From NCBI GenBank assembly GCA_038887515.1, contig JAWAKK010000002.1, forward strand, positions 76,989 through 140,988: a stretch of DNA of 64,000 nt. The letters run 5' to 3'. Below the pieces are notes generated by a model. That model was not told the origin of the DNA. It was given only the letters and a program-made list of their open reading frames with translations, and ran no database searches. Each line of letters begins with the position of its first letter. The first letter of the stretch is position 1. The translations under genes were made by a program, and so were the position numbers. The DNA comes from Candidatus Nezhaarchaeales archaeon. GTDB lineage: Archaea > Thermoproteota > Methanomethylicia > Nezhaarchaeales > WYZ-LMO8. Shown piece by piece: positions 1 to 10,162 of this stretch.

Positions 1-298
1 AGGTGAAGAGGTCTTGAAGACTTTCGTTCGACCTACTAATGAATGTCCATGCACCTGAGACTTCTAACGTCTGAATTCGGAGACCTAGCGCTAACATAGA
101 GTCTCTAACGTCCTCGACGTCATCGTCAACTAAAAAGTATACGACCCTTTCACCAGAGTGGGCCCTATTAGCAAGCAAGAGCCTTGCCATGACGTCAGCA
201 TAAGAGAGTGGGCTGCCTTCGATCACCACGAGGGAGCCGGAGGGTATACCTCTTAGCTCGTCGTCTACTACTGGTATGTTAAGTCTCAGTAAACTCAT
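1..298 (-). CDS. KaiC/RAD55-like RecA-superfamily ATPase-fold protein, runs off the window edge (3' part missing); Walker A degenerate
   Basis: Manual translation from ATG at 298: MSLLRLNIPVVDDELRGIPSGSLVVIEGSPLSYADVMARLLLANRAHSGERVVYFLVDDDVEDVRDSM. Layout matches the KaiC/RAD55 N-terminus (GIP.GS.V.I.G, GE.VVY), but GSPLSYAD replaces GxPGxGKT. Confidence 0.6.
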   Translation of the reverse strand, partial: MSLLRLNIPVVDDELRGIPSGSLVVIEGSPLSYADVMARLLLANRAHSGERVVYFLVDDDVEDVRDSMLALGLRIQTLEVSGAWTFISRSNESLQDLFT

Positions 299-328
299 AT
301 GTCTATAAACTCCTTTAAGTCTTCGCGT

Positions 329-1111
329 CTAAAGAGTTTTTCTGGCAAAAATCATGTAGCCTGTATGACCGATCATGATGGTTTCAGGCCTTACGGCTCC
401 TTCCTCGACCTTCAACTCTCTAAGTAGGAGCTCGTAAACTTTAACGTCAATGAAGCCATGCTTTCTGAGCTCTAAAACAGTCTTCTCTACTTGGTTCACC
501 GTCGGGCTAAAGCTTGCGAAGTGTCCTCCTCCCTTAAGGGCTTTGTACGCATGAGGTACTACTAGCCAGGGGGTGGCCATATCAAGTACGACAGCATCAA
601 CCTCTTCCTCGTCTATTCCTTGGGTTATATCCTTCGTCTTCAATACAACATACTCAAGGAGACCCGCTCGCTCTAAGTTCTTCTTAGCCACCTCTTGAAA
701 CCTTGGATTTACATCGTAGCTATATAATACTCCAGGCCGTATAAAAAAGGCGAGGGCGCACGTGAGGGCGCCGCTACCCGTACCGGCTTCTACTATCCTC
801 ATCCCAGGCCTTAGCCCAAGCTTAAATACTATAAGGGCCATGTCCTTCGGGTACATTATTTGGGTCTTCCTCGCTATTTTAAAGACGTAATCCCATAGCG
901 TTGGTTTCAGTATCGTAAAGTCGACTCCCAAATTGGACTTAACTCGGGAGCCATACTTTAAGCCTATTAGTGAGTCCATCGTTATGTATCCTTTGTGGGT
1001 ATGGAGAGTACGCCCCTTTTCCACCTTAGTAAGATACTTATGCTTTTTGTCAAGCTGCAAAACTACGAATGACCCCTCAAGTACTACGTCTCCTTGATCT
1101 CTTAGAGCCAT
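329..1111 (-). CDS. trmI: tRNA (adenine-N1)-methyltransferase TrmI/Gcd14
   Basis: QIMYPKD, EAGTGSGALT SAM motif, LDMATPW, GHTGY. Confidence 0.93.
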   Translation of the reverse strand: MALRDQGDVVLEGSFVVLQLDKKHKYLTKVEKGRTLHTHKGYITMDSLIGLKYGSRVKSNLGVDFTILKPTLWDYVFKIARKTQIMYPKDMALIVFKLGLRPGMRIVEAGTGSGALTCALAFFIRPGVLYSYDVNPRFQEVAKKNLERAGLLEYVVLKTKDITQGIDEEEVDAVVLDMATPWLVVPHAYKALKGGGHFASFSPTVNQVEKTVLELRKHGFIDVKVYELLLRELKVEEGAVRPETIMIGHTGYMIFARKTL

Positions 1112-1120
1112 ACAGGACCC

Positions 1121-1306
1121 TTATGTTATGCCTAATTTGTCCTCAATTTTCCGAAGTCTAGACTTTATTTCTTCTAAATCCTTTTTCATTGAAACCAGCA
1201 ACGGTATCATGTCGTTTATTATTATGGATTCTGGAGAGGATGGGAGGATGCGCTCCCTTAAACCCAACAACTCGCTTAATCTCTTATCTTCCACTAACGC
1301 CACCAA
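1121..1306 (-). CDS. Small hypothetical protein with C-terminal coiled coil
   Basis: Fills the gap just upstream of trmI on the same strand; heptad pattern MKKDLEEIKSRLRKIEDKL. Confidence 0.6.
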   Translation of the reverse strand: MVALVEDKRLSELLGLRERILPSSPESIIINDMIPLLVSMKKDLEEIKSRLRKIEDKLGIT

Positions 1307-1374
1307 TACTCCTATTAGGAGGTCGTAGACAAAAATTAAGCGGTAGAATTGGGTATCGCAAAGAGGTTTGTCAA

Positions 1375-1869
1375 GTGAAGCGCGACATAATTGTCATATT
1401 ATTAGCCATAGTATTGGTGTTCGCGTTCAATGAAGGGATAAAGATCGCCACCGGTACCGAGGTACCTATAGCGATAGTGGAGGGTAGCAGCATGATCCCC
1501 ACGTTCTATGATGGAGACGTAATATTGGTTGTCGGCGTTAAACCTTCGGATCTAAACGTGGGCGACGTCATCATCTATAAGACTTATAACGATAGAATGA
1601 TAGTCCATAGGATCGTCGATATCGTAATTAATGATGGCATGTACTTCTTTAAGACGCAAGGCGACAACAATCCATTACCAGACCCAGGCCTCGTATCGGA
1701 AGCACAAGTAGTTGGTCGTGTAGTAGGTGTACTACTTCCGAAGGTTGGAGGATTATTTAAGTTTATAATGCCTTATAAGTACGTAGTTGTTGGTCTGCTT
1801 TTAGTCCTAGCCGTAATACTCATTATGTTGCCCCCGAACAAAAATAAGAGTATTGACAAGAAGAAATAG
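1375..1869 (+). CDS. sec11: Signal peptidase I (Sec11/SPC18 type)
   Basis: GSSMIPT catalytic Ser box, IVHR, TQGDNNPLPD. Start placed at GTG 1375, ahead of the TM helix; the ORF-track extension overlaps the opposite-strand gene. Confidence 0.92.
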   Translation: MKRDIIVILLAIVLVFAFNEGIKIATGTEVPIAIVEGSSMIPTFYDGDVILVVGVKPSDLNVGDVIIYKTYNDRMIVHRIVDIVINDGMYFFKTQGDNNPLPDPGLVSEAQVVGRVVGVLLPKVGGLFKFIMPYKYVVVGLLLVLAVILIMLPPNKNKSIDKKK

Positions 1870-1938
1870 AGTTTTAGCGGTTAAATTTAAAAGGAGCTTT
1901 AAATAGCTTTAACTTGCTAAAAGAGAAAGATTTTTAAG

Positions 1939-2505
1939 GTGTCGGGCTTGACGAAGCCTAAGTATAAGATAGAGAATGTCGTCGCTTCCGTAACCCTTAA
2001 CCAGACAATTGATTTAAATGCTATTGCTGGCGCGGTTTTTAAGGCTGAGTACAATCCTGAACAATTCCCAGGGTTAGTTTACAGGCTCGATAGACCGAAG
2101 ACCGCGACATTAATTTTCAGTTCCGGAAAGATGGTATGTACTGGAGGTAAATCGGAGAAGGACGTCTATAGAACGGTAAGAAAAATAATTCAAGAGCTCA
2201 AAGCCCATAAAATAGTCATAGTTGGAGAACCGAAGATACAGATACAAAATATAGTCGCTTCAGCTAATCTTGGAGCTGAAATAAATTTGGAAAAGGCCGC
2301 CTACTTGCTTGAAAACGCTATGTACGAGCCTGAGCAATTTCCGGGTCTCATATACCGTATGGAGGACGAAGGAGTTGTGCTATTGCTCTTCAGCTCGGGC
2401 AAAATGGTTGTAACTGGCGCTAAGAAGGAAGATGACGTTAAGAGGGCCGTAAATAAGATATATGAGAAGCTTAAGGCCCTAGGCGTTCTATACATCGAAG
2501 AATAA
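1939..2505 (+). CDS. tbp: TATA-box binding protein
   Basis: Two repeats of ENVVAS/QNIVAS...[18 protein letters not shown]...LIFSSGKMV. Confidence 0.98.
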   Translation: MSGLTKPKYKIENVVASVTLNQTIDLNAIAGAVFKAEYNPEQFPGLVYRLDRPKTATLIFSSGKMVCTGGKSEKDVYRTVRKIIQELKAHKIVIVGEPKIQIQNIVASANLGAEINLEKAAYLLENAMYEPEQFPGLIYRMEDEGVVLLLFSSGKMVVTGAKKEDDVKRAVNKIYEKLKALGVLYIEE

Positions 2506-3180
2506 TTTCTTTGAACCGTAGGCTTCATAATAATCTTTTACTTTCCTAAAGATTGAAGGGTCTATTCGAAGTTCACTCCTCCTCGCCCAGATAACTTGGA
2601 AGAGGTCTACGGCCTCAATTATTGCCTGGTACTTTAAGCCTTGCGTTCTAATGACTTCTGAGGCGGGAATACCGTCTTCCATCTCGTTCCTATCCATTAG
2701 GACTACAACGCCCACAACCTTAAAGCCTAGCTCTTCAAGAGCTTCTTTAACCTTAAGCTTCGTTAAACCTGTAGTTAGAACGTCGTCGACTATAACTAAT
2801 CGTGCGCCCTTATCGATAGATCCTACTATCCGCTCATCTTCCTTGACACCATAGCTCTTAGCCTCCTTCCTATCGTATAGGATTGGCTTATCGTAGCCGT
2901 ACAGTTGCCTTATTTTAAAGCTCGTTGCCACCGCCAGAGGTATTCCCTTATATGATGGACCGAATACACCGTCAAATCCGTCTAAGCTTAATAGTTCTAC
3001 GATAGTTTTAGCATAGGCTTCACCTATAACGTTAAGGCTCTGGGGGTTAAACATCCTAGCTACGTTAAAGAAGTAGGGGGATGATCTTCCGCTTTTGAGT
3101 TTCACCTCGCTAAATACTAGTGCGCCACAGCGTATTATCTCGTCTATCACGTTCTTCTTTGTATTCGTTAAACCCCACAT
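2488..3180 (-). CDS. pyrE: Orotate phosphoribosyltransferase
   Basis: [25 protein letters not shown] motif IVDDVLTTG. Confidence 0.93.
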   Translation of the reverse strand: MWGLTNTKKNVIDEIIRCGALVFSEVKLKSGRSSPYFFNVARMFNPQSLNVIGEAYAKTIVELLSLDGFDGVFGPSYKGIPLAVATSFKIRQLYGYDKPILYDRKEAKSYGVKEDERIVGSIDKGARLVIVDDVLTTGLTKLKVKEALEELGFKVVGVVVLMDRNEMEDGIPASEVIRTQGLKYQAIIEAVDLFQVIWARRSELRIDPSIFRKVKDYYEAYGSKKLFFDV

Positions 3181-4314
3181 CTACAACACCCTGAAGGTTA
3201 TTGAAGAGAAACATAATCCGCACATTATTGGTAACAGGATGAAGAGTACTCTCCTTGAACGAGAGAGTGGCGATACGTCATCTAAGGGGCCTGGGTGCCC
3301 CCTAAAAAGTATTAGTAGGGCAACGAAAGCCATGAATATAAAGCCAGTCATTATCATGATCACTACAGCTATTATAGACACGAATATGTGCTTCCTACTG
3401 TCTAGCAAGGCTCTCGTAACGTGACCTCCATCCAGTTGACCTACTGGTAGGGTATTTAAGAAAGTTATGAGCATGCCAACCCATCCGGCAAAGGCTATTG
3501 GGTGAATTATGAGCGCTTGCTTAAAAGGCGTTTGAAGCAGTGATACGATTTCAGTCCTTATAATAGCGAATAATAGGGGCTCTAGCGGTAAAACTGAGAC
3601 CTGTCCTTGTTCAATCCATGAAAGGACGAGGTCTTCGGGGACGAAGTACGATAAGGAGAGACCTACGAATGTCACTATTATGGACGCTATGAAGCTTAAG
3701 AGCGGACCTGTCAGCCCAAGGTCGAAGAGCTGATCCCTATTAAGAATTGGGGTTTCTTGAATCATAACAGCTCCGAGGGATCCGCCTATCTCCGGTGGCC
3801 CTGGGATAAAGTAGGGGGGTGTAGATTTCAAGTTGTGCTTTGTGCACGCAATTTTATGGCCTAGCTCGTGGACCCCCAACACGAAGAAGATTGAGGCGAC
3901 GTAGGCAATTAAGTGAAGTATCCTATACTTGCCAAATGAAGGATCAATAGTTTCGTATATACCTCCCATCGTGAATAAATAACCTGCGAATGTGACGCTC
4001 GCCATCGTAGCTAGTAGTAGGACGATGTTCCATAAAGGTCTATGTCTAGGACGCTCCTGCCTCTTAAATACTCTTAAAACCTTCTTACCATACTCATTCC
4101 TTAAAACAGGTACGTAACCCTTGGTGTCGAGAATAGAATAGAGCTTTAAGAAGCGGCTTTTTGTATCCTCGTCTTTAACGACGTAGGTTAAGATGCCGAA
4201 TTGTATTTTCCATTCAACAATAGTAAAGTGTTGCCTAACAATTTCATCTATCTCTGTTGGGAAAGGTTCCATTAGATAACACCTAAGTTCAGGCTCTCTA
4301 AACAGGGCCTTCAC
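3181..4314 (-). CDS. Site-2 protease (M50) intramembrane metalloprotease
   Basis: HELGH zinc motif, NTLPVGQLDGGH, multiple TM segments. Confidence 0.92.
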   Translation of the reverse strand: MKALFREPELRCYLMEPFPTEIDEIVRQHFTIVEWKIQFGILTYVVKDEDTKSRFLKLYSILDTKGYVPVLRNEYGKKVLRVFKRQERPRHRPLWNIVLLLATMASVTFAGYLFTMGGIYETIDPSFGKYRILHLIAYVASIFFVLGVHELGHKIACTKHNLKSTPPYFIPGPPEIGGSLGAVMIQETPILNRDQLFDLGLTGPLLSFIASIIVTFVGLSLSYFVPEDLVLSWIEQGQVSVLPLEPLLFAIIRTEIVSLLQTPFKQALIIHPIAFAGWVGMLITFLNTLPVGQLDGGHVTRALLDSRKHIFVSIIAVVIMIMTGFIFMAFVALLILFRGHPGPLDDVSPLSRSRRVLFILLPIMCGLCFSSITFRVL

Positions 4315-4430
4315 TGTTAAGCTTTTTCCTTAAATTCTTAGATGCGCTATGTGAGGGGGAAGGATAAAACCTTAAGTATAATTACGAAATAAATATCAGG
4401 TTCCTTGAAGATGCTTAGCGTGGGGAGACG

Positions 4431-4925
4431 TTGCGATTCGACGAGGAACAAGGGTGCATGATAAGGGAATTTAGAGAAGAAGACCTCGATAGTGTCATAA
4501 AGATAAACAGGATGTGTCTCCCTGAAAATTATACTCCCGACTTCTTCATTTACCACTTTAGAGAATTCCCTGAAGGATTCTTAGTCGCAGAAATGGGCAA
4601 TTCCATTGTCGGTTACGTAATGACGAGGATAGACAGGGGCTTTGATTACTACTCGCCACGTACGACTTTGAGCGAGAAAGGGCACGTAATATCAATAGCA
4701 GTAATGCCTTACGCTAGAAGAAGAGGAATAGGGGAAAAACTCCTTCGAAAAGCTATAGATGTCATTAGGAAAAGGGGAATTAAAGAGGTATACTTGGAAG
4801 TCAGGGTTTCGAATGTTCCAGCTATAAATCTGTATCATAAGCTGGGTTTTAAGGTGGTTAGAAGGGTGTCCAAATATTACGCTGATGGTGAAGATGCTTA
4901 CGTCATGCTACTTCAACTCGATTAA
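4431..4925 (+). CDS. ard1: N-terminal acetyltransferase Ard1/RimI (GNAT)
   Basis: LPENY, GHVISIAV...RRRGIG, LEVRVSN, YYADGEDAY. Confidence 0.9.
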   Translation: MRFDEEQGCMIREFREEDLDSVIKINRMCLPENYTPDFFIYHFREFPEGFLVAEMGNSIVGYVMTRIDRGFDYYSPRTTLSEKGHVISIAVMPYARRRGIGEKLLRKAIDVIRKRGIKEVYLEVRVSNVPAINLYHKLGFKVVRRVSKYYADGEDAYVMLLQLD

Positions 4926-4952
4926 TTCATTTCTGGTCTCCTATGGTTAAGT

Positions 4953-4976
4953 TTATATAGAAGCAGTTTCTTGTAA
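4953..4976 (+). promoter_or_regulatory. Thermosome promoter: TATA box plus AGAA-N5-TTCT inverted repeat
   Basis: TTATATAGAAGCagTTTCTtgTAA; 20/24 identical to 63508-63531 upstream of the second thermosome gene. Confidence 0.7.
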
Positions 4977-4997
4977 ACTCAGAAAATTGATTATTAG

Positions 4998-6647
4998 GTG
5001 ATGGCGATGTCTGTAGCGCTACCCGTTCTAGTCCTCAAGGAAGGTACTACGAGAACCGTGGGGAGGGAAGCTTTAAGGGCCAATATATTGGCTGCAAAAA
5101 TCATTGCAGAGACGGTCAAGAGCTCCTTAGGCCCCAGAGGAATGGATAAGATGTTGGTAAGCAGCTTTGGCGACGTCACTATAACCAATGATGGTGCTAC
5201 GATATTAAAGGAAATGGACATACAGCATCCTGCAGCTAAGATGATGGTTGAAGTGGCGAAGGCTCAAGATTCTGAAGTTGGCGACGGCACAACTACGGCC
5301 GTCGTCTTGGCAGGAGAGCTACTAAAGAATGCCGAAGAATTGCTTGACGAGGACATTCATCCAACGATTGTAATTGATGGTTATAGAAAGGCGTTGGAGA
5401 AGGCGTTGGAGGTGCTGGAAACCCTAGCAATCTCAGTAGACCCAACGGATAAGGAGGCGCTGACCAAAGTAGCCTTAACAACACTAAGCGGTAAGGCCTC
5501 GGTAGCTGGTTCAAAGGAGCTATTAGCCAAGTATGCTGTAGAAGCCATACTTAAAGTTGCTCAGAAGAAGGACGGTAGATGGGTTGTCGATATAGACGAC
5601 GTAAAGGTCGAGAAGAAACGTGGTGAATCTTTAAACGAAACAATACTTGTTGATGGTTTAGTGATAGACAAGGAAGTAGTTCATCCAGGCATGCCGAAGC
5701 TAGTTCGTAACGCAAAGATAGCGGTCCTAGAAGCCCCACTCGAAATAGAGAAAACCGAGATAACCGCTAAGATCAATATAACGAGCCCAGAACAAATGAA
5801 GGCCTTCTTAGATGAAGAAGTCAACGTCCTAAAGAAGATGGTTGAAAAGATAGCTTCAGTCGGAGCGAATGTCGTATTTTGCGAGAAGGGCATAGATGAT
5901 GTTGCCCAGCACTTCTTAGCCAAGAAGGGCATAATGGCTGTTAGGAGGGTTAAGAGGTCCGATATCGAGAAGATAGCTAAAGCTACCGGAGCAAGAATAG
6001 TGACGAGCATCGACGATCTCAGCGAAAGCGACTTAGGTTATGCGGAGGAGGTTGAAGAGGTCAAGGTTGCCGATGAAAAAATGGTGTTCGTTAAGGGTTG
6101 CAAGAACCCAAGAGCAGTCTCGATACTCATTAGAGGAAGTAGCGATATGAGCATAAAAGAGGCGGAGAGGTCGCTTCACGACGCACTATGTGTTGTAAGG
6201 AACGTAGTCCAAGAACCCAAGATACTCCCCGGAGGAGGAGCCCCTGAAATAGCCCTAGCCCTAGCTCTAAGGGACTGGGCTAGGAGTCTCCCAGGTAGGG
6301 AACAACTTGCAGCTATGAAATTTGCCGATGCCTTGGAAGCCATACCGTCAATACTAGCCGAGACCGCCGGTCTAGATCCACTCGACATAATAGTTAAGCT
6401 GAGGGCTCATCACGAGAAGGGCTTAAAGACGTATGGGGTTAACGTTCTAAAGGGCGAGATAGCGGACATGGCTCAACTGAATGTCTTCGAGCCCCTCGCT
6501 GTCAAGAGGCAAGCCCTCAAATCTGCCACCGAAGCAGCGATAATGGTGTTGAAGATAGACGATGTAATAGCTGCAGCGCCACCAAAGAAAGAGAAGGAAA
6601 AAGGAAAAGAGGGAGAGACGCCTAAACTTGGCGAGGAAGAATTTTGA
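4998..6647 (+). CDS. ths: Thermosome (group II chaperonin) subunit
   Basis: [31 protein letters not shown]. Confidence 0.98.
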   Translation: MMAMSVALPVLVLKEGTTRTVGREALRANILAAKIIAETVKSSLGPRGMDKMLVSSFGDVTITNDGATILKEMDIQHPAAKMMVEVAKAQDSEVGDGTTTAVVLAGELLKNAEELLDEDIHPTIVIDGYRKALEKALEVLETLAISVDPTDKEALTKVALTTLSGKASVAGSKELLAKYAVEAILKVAQKKDGRWVVDIDDVKVEKKRGESLNETILVDGLVIDKEVVHPGMPKLVRNAKIAVLEAPLEIEKTEITAKINITSPEQMKAFLDEEVNVLKKMVEKIASVGANVVFCEKGIDDVAQHFLAKKGIMAVRRVKRSDIEKIAKATGARIVTSIDDLSESDLGYAEEVEEVKVADEKMVFVKGCKNPRAVSILIRGSSDMSIKEAERSLHDALCVVRNVVQEPKILPGGGAPEIALALALRDWARSLPGREQLAAMKFADALEAIPSILAETAGLDPLDIIVKLRAHHEKGLKTYGVNVLKGEIADMAQLNVFEPLAVKRQALKSATEAAIMVLKIDDVIAAAPPKKEKEKGKEGETPKLGEEEF

Positions 6648-6916
6648 CGCCCAAAAGTACTAAAAGGATAAAGGCTGAAGAAGTTAAGGTATGGTTACCA
6701 AGGCTTACGAAGTACGAGCGCGCCAGAATAATCGGTGCAAGAGCGCTGCAGATTGCTATGGGTGCGCCGGTACTCATAGACCTCTCTTCAATTCCCGAAA
6801 AGGACCCCGTAAAGATAGCGATGAAGGAGTTGGAGCTTGGCGTCCTACCAATAACAATAAGAAGAAAGCTACCGAGCGGGCATTATCAGGACATACCCCT
6901 AAAATGGCTTCTTTAA
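6644..6916 (+). CDS. rpo6: RNA polymerase subunit Rpo6 (K)
   Basis: [22 protein letters not shown]...LPITIRR. Confidence 0.97.
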   Translation: MTPKSTKRIKAEEVKVWLPRLTKYERARIIGARALQIAMGAPVLIDLSSIPEKDPVKIAMKELELGVLPITIRRKLPSGHYQDIPLKWLL

Positions 6917-6969
6917 CCATCTATACATAAATTCATATCTTTCTTTTAGGGAAAGTAGTAGAGAAGAGC

Positions 6970-8016
6970 TTAGACAGTTATTTTCTCGCGATGCCTAATT
7001 ATTAGTGACGCTACTTTTTGCGGCGGTAGTTCTGCGAGCTTTGAAAGCAGTATGGCCCTTACGTCTTTGAGTTCTACGTACTTCAAATTTATGTAGGCAT
7101 AAAACAGACCGAGCGTAAATGGGTAGTGCAGGAAGACTGTCTCATTCTCCTTGACCCAAAGCGACTGTAAAGCCCTTTCAATCTCTATAGCGTCCTTGGC
7201 TAGAGAGGATAAAGCCTTTCCATAGTAAGTTGAGGACAATACTTGAAGTATTGAAGCTAGCGACTGTGAGGTTAGGTCTTTCAGGTTAAATGGGAGTTTA
7301 TAGCAGAAGGGGAGCAACATTTTTTCGATTACTGATGGCTGAAGCCCTAAAGCCTTCCCTCGCACTAAAACTAGTATATTCTTTATGTCCGCTTCGACGC
7401 CTAGAAGGTGTGCTACCCATTTACGATCTATCATTTTTAGTTTGCCAGCTAGCTTCCAAAGCTTCGTGAACAGTAAGTTATCTACGGCTGTTTCGAATGG
7501 AAGAGGGTTCTTAAGGGCTTCCGCTTGTTTTGACGCCTCTTTTAGGGGCAGCTTTAGTTCAACATCCGGGATCAGATCTATTGCTTGATCAACACCCTTA
7601 GTAGATAATAGAGAAGCATAGAGTGGGCCAGAATATCTTCCTAGCGGTGGCGCTACTAATGATATTTCACCTTCAGATAAACCCAAGAACTTTGCTTTGA
7701 GTAGTGCCTTAAGGGTCTCGTACTCGTACTTATTGAAAGTAGTTTCAAGAAATGCTCTCGAATTACCTTTTAAAGTCTTGATTAGGACTTGAAATATCTC
7801 TGCGAACTTGTTAAGCAGGTGCCGCTCGATGTCATGGGGGGATTCTGTTTGAGGAATTTCTCTTGCAAGGTCGCTAACCGATCGAAGATGGGTTAGCGCT
7901 TGATGGATCGTGGGGGCCCTGAGTAAGGCTTCGTAGTCATCAGGCTTTAACATGAAGGCTCTCTTAGCCCTTAATCTTGCGACACCGTAGGCGTACTCGG
8001 AAACGCTCATCATCAA
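6970..8016 (-). CDS. atpC: A/V-type ATP synthase subunit C (AhaC/NtpC)
   Basis: YAYGVARLRAKR N-terminus, DIKNILVLVRGK, helical 348-aa fold of the subunit C/d family. Confidence 0.8.
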   Translation of the reverse strand: MMMSVSEYAYGVARLRAKRAFMLKPDDYEALLRAPTIHQALTHLRSVSDLAREIPQTESPHDIERHLLNKFAEIFQVLIKTLKGNSRAFLETTFNKYEYETLKALLKAKFLGLSEGEISLVAPPLGRYSGPLYASLLSTKGVDQAIDLIPDVELKLPLKEASKQAEALKNPLPFETAVDNLLFTKLWKLAGKLKMIDRKWVAHLLGVEADIKNILVLVRGKALGLQPSVIEKMLLPFCYKLPFNLKDLTSQSLASILQVLSSTYYGKALSSLAKDAIEIERALQSLWVKENETVFLHYPFTLGLFYAYINLKYVELKDVRAILLSKLAELPPQKVASLIIRHREKITV

Positions 8017-8049
8017 ACCTCCGATAGTCTAAACAATTAGATTATAGCT

Positions 8050-8916
8050 TTAGTTGTCCGATAAGTTTAATGCTTTTATGAGGTCCACTATACCTACACG
8101 TTCCTTTGCGCTCGTGAGCACGATCTTCGCCCTCGGATTGATTTCCCTAACATCACCTATTAACGACTGTACGTCCACGTTAAATATCTTCGCCACATCT
8201 ATCTTGTTTATAACTACTACATCGACGTCCTTAAATGAAAGCGGATGTTTAACCACCATGTCCTCTCCTTCGCTAACGCTGACGACCACCACTCTCTTAT
8301 GCGCTCCTAATGGAAAGTCTGCAGGACAAATTAAGTTGCCAACGTTCTCTATGAATAGAAGGTCTATGTTTTTAAGATCTAGGAGCTGAAGAGCTCTCCG
8401 CACCAACTGAGAGTCGAGGTGGCATTCTTTTCCTGTGTTTATTTGGATAGCCTTTGCTCCGTGCCTAGATATCCTCTCTGCGTCTATCGAAGTAGCTACG
8501 TCGCCGACTATCACCGCTATCCTGTACCTGTCTTTTAACGAGTCTATGAGAGCTTCTATTATTGAAGTTTTCCCTGCGCCCAGGGAGCCCATGAAGTCTA
8601 TGGCTTTAACCCCATACTGGTCCAAGAGCTTTCTATTCTCAAGAGCTAATTTTCTATTGAGGGCTAAGAGATCCTGTTCGACCTCAATGTCCATGATTTC
8701 TCCTTGTGTTGGCTTTATCGGTTCGCTTTCTATGACGGATAGATTCTCCAAAGTCGATATCGCCCTACTTATGAAGAAGAGAGCGACGTCCAACCTAGAA
8801 GCTAGGGGGAGACCTTTCGAAACTGCAAGCTCCTTTATTAATGAAACTTTCTTGGAGGCTTCATTTAAAGAGTTCTTGACACTCTCTATAGATTCTGAGA
8901 CGTCATTGATGTACAT
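8050..8916 (-). CDS. hypB: Hydrogenase nickel-incorporation GTPase HypB with about 70-aa N-terminal extension
   Basis: GSLGAGKTS, TGKECHLD, ENVGNLICPADFPLG, NKID. Confidence 0.93.
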   Translation of the reverse strand: MYINDVSESIESVKNSLNEASKKVSLIKELAVSKGLPLASRLDVALFFISRAISTLENLSVIESEPIKPTQGEIMDIEVEQDLLALNRKLALENRKLLDQYGVKAIDFMGSLGAGKTSIIEALIDSLKDRYRIAVIVGDVATSIDAERISRHGAKAIQINTGKECHLDSQLVRRALQLLDLKNIDLLFIENVGNLICPADFPLGAHKRVVVVSVSEGEDMVVKHPLSFKDVDVVVINKIDVAKIFNVDVQSLIGDVREINPRAKIVLTSAKERVGIVDLIKALNLSDN

Positions 8917-8926
8917 GTAGCATCAC

Positions 8927-10162
8927 TTAGACGTCAATTAGCTTAACTTTAACTGTAGAGCCCTCCTCTACAAAGTTTACGTCTTCTGGTATCTCGATGT
9001 ACCCGTCTGCTTCGACAAACGTAGTTGTAGCTTCTGAGCCCTTAAGTATTGGTTGAGCTAAAACCTTGTCGCCTACGTTTATCAGCTTGACGTACACGAT
9101 TTCCCTCCTACCCTCAAGATTCAATAGTTTGCGGGTAAGTACAGCGTTTATGGTAAGTTCCCTCTGTTCGGCGCCGAAAATGCACTTTAGGATCCAAGGT
9201 TTAATTAGAACTTCAAGAACCGTAAATGCTGATGTAGGGTTCCCAGGAAGCCCAATTACAGGTTTCCCCTCTATTACTGCTATGATCGTCGGCTTACCAG
9301 GCTTCAAGGAGATGCCGTGAAATAGTATTTTGCCCATCCTCTCTTTTAGTATTTCAATTAAAGTATTATGTAATAGATCTCCTTCTCCTTTTGATGTACC
9401 CCCTGAAATGAATATGAGGTCACTATTCTTTAAGGATTCAATCACTGCTTTTTTTAAGGTCTCGACCGCATCATCCAATATTCCTAAGATTTCAGGTTCT
9501 AAGCCCAACTGCCCAATTAAGTAGGAGTATATCATGTAGTTGTTGATGTCGTAGATCTTACCCTCTACAAGAGACTTGCCCACTTCGACAAGCTCCGGGC
9601 CTGTCGATATAATCATGGCCTTAGGTCTCTCGTATACCTTGACGTTGCCGCGACCGATGGCTGCCAGAAGCGCTATCTCCCCTACACCTATTCGTGTACC
9701 CCTTCTCAGCACCAGTAAGTGTTTGGGAATGTCGGAACCGCGGCGTACTACGTTCTCGCTGGGTGGAACCGCTTTGTATATGTACACCGTACCACCTTCT
9801 CGGTACGTGTTTTCAACCATCACTACAGCGTCCGATCCTTCTGGTAGGGGGGCCCCTGTAGGTATGTACGCACATTCATTGTCAAGTATTCGAAAGCGGG
9901 GAATTTCACCTATCTTTACATAACCTTTCAGCCTAAGTTTTACAGGATTACTTTCCGAAGCAGTGAAGGTGTCCTTTGCCCTTACTGCATAGCCATCTCT
10001 ACTACTCTTATCGAAAGGCGGTAACTCTATGTCGCTTACAACGTCCTCTGCTAAGAACCTTCCGATAGACTTCAATATGCTTACATCTTCTATACGAAGT
10101 GGAACCTTGACACCTTCAAGTCTTTGAAGTGCCTCCTCTAATGTTATGAGCTTCAAAGTCAC
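8927..10162 (-). CDS. moeA: Molybdopterin molybdo/tungsto-transferase MoeA
   Basis: PPFDKSSRDGYAV, PTGAPLPEGSDAVVMVE, SGGTSKG, LKPGKP, GLPGNP. Confidence 0.95.
   Translation of the reverse strand: MTLKLITLEEALQRLEGVKVPLRIEDVSILKSIGRFLAEDVVSDIELPPFDKSSRDGYAVRAKDTFTASESNPVKLRLKGYVKIGEIPRFRILDNECAYIPTGAPLPEGSDAVVMVENTYREGGTVYIYKAVPPSENVVRRGSDIPKHLLVLRRGTRIGVGEIALLAAIGRGNVKVYERPKAMIISTGPELVEVGKSLVEGKIYDINNYMIYSYLIGQLGLEPEILGILDDAVETLKKAVIESLKNSDLIFISGGTSKGEGDLLHNTLIEILKERMGKILFHGISLKPGKPTIIAVIEGKPVIGLPGNPTSAFTVLEVLIKPWILKCIFGAEQRELTINAVLTRKLLNLEGRREIVYVKLINVGDKVLAQPILKGSEATTTFVEADGYIEIPEDVNFVEEGSTVKVKLIDV

Noticed and set aside
1189-1374. ORF-track N-terminal extensions of sec11, and similarly pgk (16554), SPOUT (50783) and rli (59656)
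   Set aside because: They overlap opposite-strand genes or promoters and lack family similarity; SD-preceded or family-consistent starts lie downstream.
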